A DNA stretch of 64,000 nucleotides from NCBI GenBank assembly GCA_934168275.1, contig CAKPNA010000002.1, forward strand, positions 46,779-110,778. The letters are read 5' to 3'. Positions 20,239 through 28,020 of the stretch are shown here, piece after piece. A program made the position numbers and the translations under genes. Origin of the DNA: an uncultured Bacilli bacterium. Its GTDB lineage: Bacteria; Bacillota_I; Bacilli_A; RF39; UBA660. Every line of letters starts with the position of its first letter. Within the stretch, counting starts at the first letter, position 1. The notes beneath the pieces are model-generated. The model worked only from the letters and a program-made list of their open reading frames with translations. It made no database searches and was not told where the DNA came from.

Positions 20239-20907
20239 TTATTTAGCCCCCCTTTTATGTAAGACTGTTGTTATTGTCATAAAAAAGCATTTTATATCTA
20301 ACATTAAACTACAATTTTCACAATAATAATATTCTAATTCTAATCTTTTTTCATAAGTTGTAGCACTTCTTCCATTTACTGCCCACCATCCACTAATTCC
20401 TGGTCTAACACTTTCATATATAGCATGATTACCATGGTGAGCATCTAATTCTCCTTTTACTAATGGCCTAGGTCCTATCATAGACATATCACCTTTTAAA
20501 ACATTTATCATTTGTGGTAATTCATCTAGTGAAGTCTTTCTTAATATTTTACCCATTTTAGTTATTCTTGGGTCATTTTCAAGTTTTTGATTTCTTTGCC
20601 ATTCATCTTTATATATTGGATTTTCTAAAAGTTTTTTTAATACTTCATCAGCATTAGGTATCATAGATCTAAATTTATATAATTTAAACTCTTTACCATT
20701 CTTACCTATTCTAGTTTGAGTATAAAATATACTATTATGATCTTTAGATATTATATAACTTATTTTTACAATAATTATTATTGGTAATAAAAATATACAT
20801 CCTACTAAAGATACTACTATATCAAATGTTCTTTTAATAACTTTATATAATATTTTACTTCTTTCTTTAACTACATTCCCCTCTAGTGTTATATCATTTG
20901 TATTCAT
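20239..20907 (-). CDS. Initiating undecaprenyl-phosphate sugar-phosphotransferase (bacterial sugar transferase, small PglC/CpsE-like type)
   Basis: Single TM helix followed by 'KLYKFRSM...DELPQ...VLKGDMSMIGPRP', the PF02397 signature. Confidence 0.8.
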   Translation of the reverse strand: MNTNDITLEGNVVKERSKILYKVIKRTFDIVVSLVGCIFLLPIIIIVKISYIISKDHNSIFYTQTRIGKNGKEFKLYKFRSMIPNADEVLKKLLENPIYKDEWQRNQKLENDPRITKMGKILRKTSLDELPQMINVLKGDMSMIGPRPLVKGELDAHHGNHAIYESVRPGISGWWAVNGRSATTYEKRLELEYYYCENCSLMLDIKCFFMTITTVLHKRGAK

Positions 20908-20983
20908 TATTTCTCAACTCCATTAATATTTGACATATTTCGCTAGATGTATATAATAATATAAATACAAGGTGATATATATT

Positions 20984-21109
20984 ATGAAATACTTACTAGC
21001 TTTTATTTTAATTAGTTTTCTTATACTAATTATAACATTTATATTAACTAGTTGTAAAGTATCTAGTTTAATTTCTCAAGAAGAAGATAATATTAATAAG
21101 AATATTTAG
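20984..21109 (+). CDS. Tiny predicted lipoprotein (41 aa, lipobox LTSC)
   Basis: Shine-Dalgarno AAGGTGA 9 nt upstream of the ATG. MKYLLAFILISFLILIITFILTSC then an 18-aa acidic tail. Not in the ORF track because it is shorter than 60 aa. Confidence 0.3.
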   Translation: MKYLLAFILISFLILIITFILTSCKVSSLISQEEDNINKNI

Positions 21110-21144
21110 ATTATATTTTTATATAATATAGTGGTGATATATAT

Positions 21145-21684
21145 ATGTCTATTAAAAAAACTAGATTAATATCAATATTAGGAATATTTCTTATTTCTTT
21201 TTTAGCACACTTTATGTATGATTTATTCCCTAATATTATTACTTCATTCTTTTTTCCAGTTAATGAGAGTATTTGGGAACATATGAAGATATTGTTTACT
21301 TCTACTATGATATATGGAGTATTTGATTATATACTTATGAAGAGATTTAATATTAAATATAATAATTTATTATTAGAATTATTTATTACTTCTTTTCTTA
21401 GTGTTATTATTTATTTAATTATTTATATTCCTATATACTTATTATATGGAGAAAATCTAATTGTGTCGATAATTCTTATGATAATCACCTATATTATTAC
21501 TAAGTATATAGGATATTATATATTAATACAAAAAGAATATAGATTATTAAATATAATATCTGTATTCTTGATAATTATGTGTTATTTGGGGTTTATATAT
21601 TTAACTTATAAGCCTAGTCATAATTTTATATTTTACGATACGGTAGATAGGAAGTATGGGATTAGGGAGTATGTGATTGAGTAG
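21145..21684 (+). CDS. Polytopic membrane protein, unknown function
   Basis: 5-6 predicted TM helices with a conserved-looking 'NESIWEHMK' loop. Its Shine-Dalgarno context is almost identical to that of the tiny ORF upstream. Confidence 0.5.
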   Translation: MSIKKTRLISILGIFLISFLAHFMYDLFPNIITSFFFPVNESIWEHMKILFTSTMIYGVFDYILMKRFNIKYNNLLLELFITSFLSVIIYLIIYIPIYLLYGENLIVSIILMIITYIITKYIGYYILIQKEYRLLNIISVFLIIMCYLGFIYLTYKPSHNFIFYDTVDRKYGIREYVIE

Positions 21685-21840
21685 GATTAAGGTATTATAT
21701 AATGTTTACATTCCATACATTATATTTTAGACATTTTATATTTCAAAATTAAATCTGTTATGAAATCAACAGGTTGTTGTGGATTTATGTGGATTTTTAT
21801 ACACTTAATCGTAAAAATATTATAGTACCTATGTCAATCA

Positions 21841-21875
21841 TCTTGTATGTTTTCTTGTATGTTATCTTGTATGTT
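21841..21875. repeat. Three tandem copies of TCTTGTATGTT (period 12) in a convergent intergenic region
   Basis: Read directly: tcttgtatgtt t tcttgtatgtt a tcttgtatgtt. Confidence 0.6.
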
Positions 21876-21912
21876 CTTTTTGCTATATTATAAAGATTAT
21901 GTGAACAAAATA

Positions 21913-21944
21913 AATAGAACTATGAGTTAATTCATAATTCTATT
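21913..21944 (-). terminator. Rho-independent terminator of ATPase paralog 2
   Basis: AATAGAACTATGA-gttaat-TCATAATTCTATT with 12 of 13 arm positions complementary, followed by a U-run on the minus strand. Confidence 0.55.
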
Positions 21945-21950
21945 TATTAT

Positions 21951-23156
21951 TTATTTATCAAGCAACCATTCTAAAACATTTCTGATTTTTATTCCATCTT
22001 CATTAAAATCAGGTATTTTATCTAAAGTTAATACTATTTTTTCATAATTATCATTTATCTTCTTTAGTGAACGTAATTCTCTATCCAATATCTTTGTATC
22101 ATTCTCGTCTATTCCTTTTAAGGTTTCAGCAACTTGAACATATATCTTTCCTTCTTTATTTATGGCCACAAAATCTACTTCATATTCATCTATTTTTCCT
22201 ATGTATACCTCATAGCCTCTTCTTAAAAGTTCAAAATATACAACGTTTTCTAATATATGCCCAAAATCTCCTATTTTTCTTCCTAACATAAAATATCTAA
22301 ATCCCAAATCTGAAACATAATACTTTCCTTGAGTTTTCAAATATTCTTTTCCTTTTATATCATATCTTGAAGCTTTATATAAAAAGAAACTTTCCATAAA
22401 TCCCTCTAGATATCTTTCTACTGTCCTTACATTTATATCTTTGCCATCACTTACCATCGTATTCGCTATATTATTCGTAGATACAAGACTACCAATATTA
22501 TCCATAGCAAAATTAGCAACATTTCTAAGCATCGTTTCATCTTGTATTTTCTTTCTTGTCATAACATCTTTTATTATTATGTCATTATATACACTACTTA
22601 AATACATGCTTACATCATCTTCAGTATCTAATGAAGTAGTGTATGGAAGTGATCCTAATGAGATGTATTTTTGATATAAATCTTCGTTATTTAAATCTTT
22701 ATAAGCTTCTTTATATTCTTTAAAAGATAATGGTAACATTTTAACTTCTATATATCTTCCAGATAAAAGTGTTGCAAGTTCACTCGATAAAAGATTAGCA
22801 TTTGAGCCTGTTATATATAAATCAACATTTTTCTTTATATATAAACTATCAACTGCTTTTTGAAATTCATCGATTTTTTGAACTTCATCTATAAATATAT
22901 AATATTTTCTTTTATCCTTTAATTTATCGTTTATATATTTATATAAAGTCATATAATCAATTATAAAGTTATATTCCAAGTCTTCTAAATTAATACTTAT
23001 TATTTGGTTTTCTTCTACTCCGTTTTCTTTTAAATATTCTTGATATATTTCAAGCAAGGTGGACTTACCACATCTTCTTATTCCAGTTATAACTTTTATT
23101 AACTCTTTATCTTTAAATCTCTTTAATATATTTAAATATTCATTTCTAGATATCAT
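21951..23156 (-). CDS. AAA+ ATPase with C-terminal DUF4143 domain (paralog 2)
   Basis: Walker A 'GIRRCGKS', Walker B 'IFIDEVQ'. Start corrected to the ATG at 23156 (MISRNEY...), which has a perfect AAAGGAGG Shine-Dalgarno 8 nt upstream. The ORF-track start at 23177 is a TTG lying inside that Shine-Dalgarno. Confidence 0.7.
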   Translation of the reverse strand: MISRNEYLNILKRFKDKELIKVITGIRRCGKSTLLEIYQEYLKENGVEENQIISINLEDLEYNFIIDYMTLYKYINDKLKDKRKYYIFIDEVQKIDEFQKAVDSLYIKKNVDLYITGSNANLLSSELATLLSGRYIEVKMLPLSFKEYKEAYKDLNNEDLYQKYISLGSLPYTTSLDTEDDVSMYLSSVYNDIIIKDVMTRKKIQDETMLRNVANFAMDNIGSLVSTNNIANTMVSDGKDINVRTVERYLEGFMESFFLYKASRYDIKGKEYLKTQGKYYVSDLGFRYFMLGRKIGDFGHILENVVYFELLRRGYEVYIGKIDEYEVDFVAINKEGKIYVQVAETLKGIDENDTKILDRELRSLKKINDNYEKIVLTLDKIPDFNEDGIKIRNVLEWLLDK

Positions 23157-23208
23157 AAAAATACCTCCTTTTTTCAATTACAATTATACATCATTATAAT
23201 GCAAAAGT

Positions 23209-23238
23209 AAAGTTTTTGTATTGGACTACAAAAACTAT
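23209..23238. promoter_or_regulatory. Palindrome ATAGTTTTTGTA-N6-TACAAAAACTAT abutting the -35/-10 region of ATPase paralog 2
   Basis: On the minus strand it lies immediately upstream of TTACTTTTGCATTATAATGATGTATAAT. It shares the AGTTTTT...AAAAACT half-sites with the palindrome upstream of paralog 1. Confidence 0.5.
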
Positions 23239-23437
23239 TTGATTTATCTGTTTTTTTGTATTTCCATTTACAATAACCTAAATATTTAATAATACCTTAT
23301 TTCTATACCTAAACTGTATTGCTTTATAAGTATTAAATTATTATAAACCTATAATATAATTATATTCATTTTTTATAAAATTATTATTACAAAGAAAAAA
23401 GAATATAAATTAGATTAATAGTTTATATTCTTTATTA

Positions 23438-24364
23438 CTATACTTTTAAGTGTTTTCTAACAGCTTTACCACTACCATACATTCCTACTAAGATTCCTAA
23501 TAATACTATTATTAGAGATAATTTAAAGACAAATGGGAATGGTTCGATTAGGGTAGCAAAACTTGAATTAAATATTTTACCACCAAAGTAATCATATAAT
23601 TTACTATAACCAAAGATAGTTACTAGTATTGGTATAATAGAGCCTATTAAACCAATAAACATACCTTCAATAATAAATGGTATTTTAATAGCCATATTAG
23701 AAGCACCAACTAGTCGCATTATTTCTATTTCTGTTTTTCTAGAATAGATAGCTATTTTAATAGTATTAGTTATTAAGAATGCAGTTACTAATACTAGAGC
23801 TATAACTGTACCAATACAAAACTTTTCAATGGCTTTAAAAACAGTTACTACTTGGTCAACAATAGTTTGTCCATAATCAACACTATTAACATTATCTAGT
23901 CCTTTTATTTGATTTACTGTATCTTTTATTATTTCAATATCTTTTACTTTTAATTTATAACTATCCATTAAGGGATTAGTTTCATCTGTCCAACTATCAA
24001 TAGTAGGAGCAAATTTATCTTCTTGATTCTTTAAATCTTCAGCAAATTCTTGTTTTGATTTAAACACTAAACTACTAACATTACCAATCTTTCTTATTTG
24101 CTGTTCAAGAGTTTTGATGTCATCAGGAGTAGCACTTTTTTCTATCCATATAACTACTGTTGTTGATGTCATTATTTCTTCAGAAGCATTATCAACGTTA
24201 TTAGAGATAATCATTGATATTGCTACTACTATTAGGGTTATAGCGATACATGATATAGAAGCTAATGATAAAGAAAAGTTTCTGACAACACTTTTGGCGG
24301 CATCTCTAAAATATCTATTTAGATTTCTAATCAGCTTCATAGTATGTACCCCTTTCATAATCAT
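23438..24364 (-). CDS. ftsX: Cell-division ABC transporter permease-like protein FtsX
   Basis: 308 aa with one N-terminal TM, a large extracellular domain and three C-terminal TMs. Immediately downstream of ftsE and overlapping it. Confidence 0.8.
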   Translation of the reverse strand: MIMKGVHTMKLIRNLNRYFRDAAKSVVRNFSLSLASISCIAITLIVVAISMIISNNVDNASEEIMTSTTVVIWIEKSATPDDIKTLEQQIRKIGNVSSLVFKSKQEFAEDLKNQEDKFAPTIDSWTDETNPLMDSYKLKVKDIEIIKDTVNQIKGLDNVNSVDYGQTIVDQVVTVFKAIEKFCIGTVIALVLVTAFLITNTIKIAIYSRKTEIEIMRLVGASNMAIKIPFIIEGMFIGLIGSIIPILVTIFGYSKLYDYFGGKIFNSSFATLIEPFPFVFKLSLIIVLLGILVGMYGSGKAVRKHLKV

Positions 24365-25022
24365 TTACTACTTTACCATCTTTAATAACAACTACTCTTT
24401 TTTTCATTCTATTTACTATTTCTCTATTGTGGGTAGTCATAATGATAGTAGTACCCATTTTATTAATATTATCTAAGACATTCATAATACCCATAGAAGT
24501 ATCAGGATCTAGGTTACCGGTTGGTTCATCGCATATTAATAGTTTAGGATTATTAACAATAGCTCGGGCAATTACTACTCTTTGCTGTTCTCCTCCAGAT
24601 AGATGATCAGGATAATCTCTTACTTTTTGTTTTAAGCCAACTAAGTCTAGAACTTCCATAACTCTTTTATGAATTTTCTTTTTATCATAAGAGAATACTT
24701 CCATTGCAAAGGCTACATTTTCATATACTGTTAATTTAGGTAATAATTTAAAGTCTTGGAAGACTACTCCTAGTTTTCTTCTTAACATATATACTTTTCT
24801 ATCTTTTAGTTTTGCAACGTTAATTCCTCCTATTATAATAGAGCCTTTATCAGGTTTTTCTTCTCGATATAACATTTTTATTAATGTAGATTTACCACTA
24901 CCAGATGCTCCTATTACAAAAACAAATTCTCCTTTAGCTATACTTAGGTTTAAATCATATAAGGCTACTACACCATTTGATTTATATGTTTTTGAAACAT
25001 CAGTAATTCTTATTAAATCCAT
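24327..25022 (-). CDS. ftsE: Cell-division ATP-binding protein FtsE
   Basis: Walker A 'GASGSGKST', ABC signature 'LSGGEQQRVVIARA', Walker B 'LLICDEPTGNLD'. Confidence 0.85.
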   Translation of the reverse strand: MDLIRITDVSKTYKSNGVVALYDLNLSIAKGEFVFVIGASGSGKSTLIKMLYREEKPDKGSIIIGGINVAKLKDRKVYMLRRKLGVVFQDFKLLPKLTVYENVAFAMEVFSYDKKKIHKRVMEVLDLVGLKQKVRDYPDHLSGGEQQRVVIARAIVNNPKLLICDEPTGNLDPDTSMGIMNVLDNINKMGTTIIMTTHNREIVNRMKKRVVVIKDGKVVNDYERGTYYEAD

Positions 25023-25106
25023 ATAATCACCTCTTACTACTTACTTATTATATCAAATATAAATTATTTAATATATAGTTAATTTGTTATTTACAATTAT
25101 TTACAA

Positions 25107-25949
25107 TTATCTAGCTTTAGCTACTTCATAGCAGTCTATTATTACAAAGAAGGCTTCTTTATCTATTTCTAATATTATTTCTTTTAACATGGTGTATTCT
25201 CTTGTAGGAATAACGCACATTAACATTTTAGATCTTTTATTAGTATAGCCACCTTTGACATCTACTACGGTATAGTTATGACTAGTGGCATTTAAGACAT
25301 AGTCTTTTATTTCATCAGGTTTTTTAGTTATTATATAGAAGGCTTTTTTATTAGATACTCCTAATATTACTTTATCTGCTACATGGGATGATATTAATAG
25401 AGCAATTATACCATATATAGTATTAGTTAAACCAAATGTTTTAGTACCTAGTAATATAATTAGTCCATTAACAATATTAGCAGCAGTACCGGTAGACATT
25501 TTTAAGTATTTATGCATTAGTTGAAATAGTATATGCGTACCCCCACTAGTAAAGCCACTATTCATAATAAGTCCTAAGGATAGTCCTGATAAAGCGCCAC
25601 CGTAGATAACTAATAATAAAGTACTAGCATTTTGAAAGTTTATTATTTGAGGTAAGAATGATGTACCTTTAATAAATATTGGATATAAGATTGAACCTAC
25701 GGCACTTTTCGCAGTTAATTTTTTACCTAAGAAGATATAACTTACTACTAGAAATACCAATGATGTTATTAAAACAAAGAAACTTTCATCAATATCAAAG
25801 AGATATTTATAGATAATAGATAAACCAGATAAGCCTCCTGAAACAATATTATATGGGGCATAGAAGATATTAAAAGATATAGCACTTAAACATAATCCTA
25901 TTAGGAATAGACCCCATTTTTCAAAAATACTACTATATTTTTTAATCAT
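25107..25949 (-). CDS. YitT-family membrane protein (DUF161/DUF2179)
   Basis: Paralogous to the adjacent gene. 5-6 TM helices plus the C-terminal DUF2179-like 'AFYIITKKPDEIKDYVLN...VVDVKGGYT'. Confidence 0.7.
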   Translation of the reverse strand: MIKKYSSIFEKWGLFLIGLCLSAISFNIFYAPYNIVSGGLSGLSIIYKYLFDIDESFFVLITSLVFLVVSYIFLGKKLTAKSAVGSILYPIFIKGTSFLPQIINFQNASTLLLVIYGGALSGLSLGLIMNSGFTSGGTHILFQLMHKYLKMSTGTAANIVNGLIILLGTKTFGLTNTIYGIIALLISSHVADKVILGVSNKKAFYIITKKPDEIKDYVLNATSHNYTVVDVKGGYTNKRSKMLMCVIPTREYTMLKEIILEIDKEAFFVIIDCYEVAKAR

Positions 25950-26847
25950 ACTCTACCTCCTTTTTATTTACTTCATAAGCATCACAAACTAGGAAGAAAG
26001 CATTATTATCAATAGCCTTTAAACCTTCTTTAACAACAAAGTATTTTTTAGTGGGAATAACTACTAAGAACATCGTGTGTTTATCGTTATCGTCGCCACC
26101 TTTAGAGTTAATTAAGGTAAGGCCACCATTAGTTATATTTAATAAGAAGTCTCTTACTTCTGCTTCTTTTTCTGTTATGATATAGAAAGTTTTACTTTGT
26201 GATATTCCTAATATTACTTTATCAGTTAATACACTAATTATATATAGCACTAAGAAACCATATAATAATTTTTCTAAGGGGAATACTATGATACCGGATA
26301 ATACTACTAGTCCATCAACAATAATCATTGAGTTACCAATACTCATTTTAGTATATTTAGCAAATATTTGGTCGATAATGTCAGTGCCTCCAGTAGTAAA
26401 ATTACTTTTAAATACTAAGCCATAACCTATTCCTGATAGTACAGCACCACAGATAGCTATTAATAATAATTCAGCATTATCTATTTTAATAAATGGTACT
26501 AAGTATGATGTTAGTTTTACTAATATAGGAAATAGTATTGAACCAACAATAGAGTTTTTAGTTTCTTTAGGGCCTAAAAAGATATAACATATAAACAATA
26601 ATACAATATTAGATATTAAGATAAATAGTGATGGGTCAATACCAAATTTACTAGCTACGATAGATAAGCCACTAATACCAAAACATACTAATTCATATTG
26701 AAAAAAGAAAACATTAAAAGCTAGGGCTACAATAAAACAACCAATAAATAGATACATAAATCTTTTTAATCTTGTTTTATTATATACTTCCTTGATAATA
26801 TTTTCATAATTACTTTTTCTTTTAAATAGTTTACTAAATAGTTCCAT
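25942..26847 (-). CDS. YitT-family membrane protein (DUF161/DUF2179)
   Basis: Same architecture as 25107..25949: 'TFYIITEKEAEVRDFLLN...LINSKGGDD'. Confidence 0.7.
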   Translation of the reverse strand: MELFSKLFKRKSNYENIIKEVYNKTRLKRFMYLFIGCFIVALAFNVFFFQYELVCFGISGLSIVASKFGIDPSLFILISNIVLLFICYIFLGPKETKNSIVGSILFPILVKLTSYLVPFIKIDNAELLLIAICGAVLSGIGYGLVFKSNFTTGGTDIIDQIFAKYTKMSIGNSMIIVDGLVVLSGIIVFPLEKLLYGFLVLYIISVLTDKVILGISQSKTFYIITEKEAEVRDFLLNITNGGLTLINSKGGDDNDKHTMFLVVIPTKKYFVVKEGLKAIDNNAFFLVCDAYEVNKKEVEYD

Positions 26848-27929
26848 TATACTTTACTCCTTCTTTAATAAATTCTTCTATATTACCATCTAATACTTTA
26901 TTAACATCAGGTGTTTCATAATTACTATCGTTATCTTTTACTAAAGTATATGGACACATAATATAACTTCTTTTTCCTGAACCAAAACCAATTGTTTTTT
27001 GATCTTTTGTGATATTATTTAATCTATTATTTTGCTTTTCTATTTCTAATAAGTATAATCTATTTTTTAATATTTCTAGGGCTTTTTCTCTGTTTTGAAT
27101 TTGACTTCTTTCGTTTTGACAAGTGATAACGATACCGGTAGGAATATGGGTAATTCGAACTGCGGAATCACTAGTGTTAACACTTTGACCACCAGCACCA
27201 CTACTATGATAAACATCTATCTTAAGGTCTTTATCGTTAATGACAATATTAATATTATTATCAAATTCAGGGATAACTTCAACTGAGGCAAATGAGGTAT
27301 GTCTTCTTTTACCGGCATCAAAGGGGCTTATTCTAACTAGGCGATGAACTCCTCTTTCTCCTTTAAAGTAGCCATAAGCGTTAGGACCTTTTATTTGAAA
27401 TAAGATACTTTTGATACCTACTTCTTCTCCGGGTTGTCGACTTAATTCAGTTATTGTATAGTTATTTTTTTCACAATATCTTGTGTACATTCTAGCAAGC
27501 ATATTGGCCCAATCACAGCTTTCCGTACCTCCGGCGCCAGCATGTATTTCTAATGTACAATTATACTTATCGTATTCTCCCGATAAATAAGTAGTGATTT
27601 TTAATTCTTCTACTTCTTTTAAGATATCATTATATTCTTCATTAAGTAATAAAGTGATTTCATCATCTATAGTATCCTCTAATAAACTTAAATTATTAGT
27701 AATTTTATTAGTTAATGTTTCTACGGTATTGATAGTATTTTTTAAGTTATTACTTTCATTTATTACTTGCTCAGAATATTTTCTGTCATTCCAAAAATCA
27801 GGCTTATTCATAATAACAGATAATTCTTCTAGTCTATTCTTTTTATTATCTAAGTCAAAGAGACCTCCTGATAGAGTTTATTTCTTTTAACAAATCTTGA
27901 TAAGATAATTTTAAATTATTAGTATTCAT
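26834..27929 (-). CDS. prfB: Peptide chain release factor 2 with programmed +1 ribosomal frameshift
   Basis: The minus strand reads ATG AAT ACT ... ATC AGG AGG TCT CTT TGA C. That is the canonical SD-like AGGAGG followed by CUU UGA C. The +1 frame continues LDNKKNRLEELSVIMNKPDFWND into the 325-aa ORF, which carries the 'SGAGGQSVNTSDSAVRITHIPTG' GGQ motif. Confidence 0.85.
27854..27869 (-). other. prfB: prfB programmed +1 frameshift site (AGGAGG TCT CTT TGA C)
   Basis: Read directly from the sequence. In-frame UGA at 27855..27857 (minus strand) preceded by CUU and an internal SD-like element. Confidence 0.85.
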
Positions 27930-27988
27930 AATATATATCACATCCTATATGTTTACTATTAAATTATACACTAATATTTAAAAAAATA

Positions 27989-28012
27989 AAAGACTTATCA
28001 TTAAATAAGTCC
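27989..28012 (-). terminator. Rho-independent terminator of the Cys-rich surface protein gene
   Basis: Minus strand GGGACUUAU-uuaaug-AUAAGUCUU followed by UUAUUUUUUU. Confidence 0.5.
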
Positions 28013-28020
28013 CTTATCTA

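Noticed and set aside
23157-23177. ORF-track start of the second DUF4143 ATPase at 23177 (TTG, 'MKKGGIF').
   Set aside because: The extension is just the translation of the AAAGGAGG Shine-Dalgarno that serves the in-frame ATG at 23156. The start was corrected to 23156.
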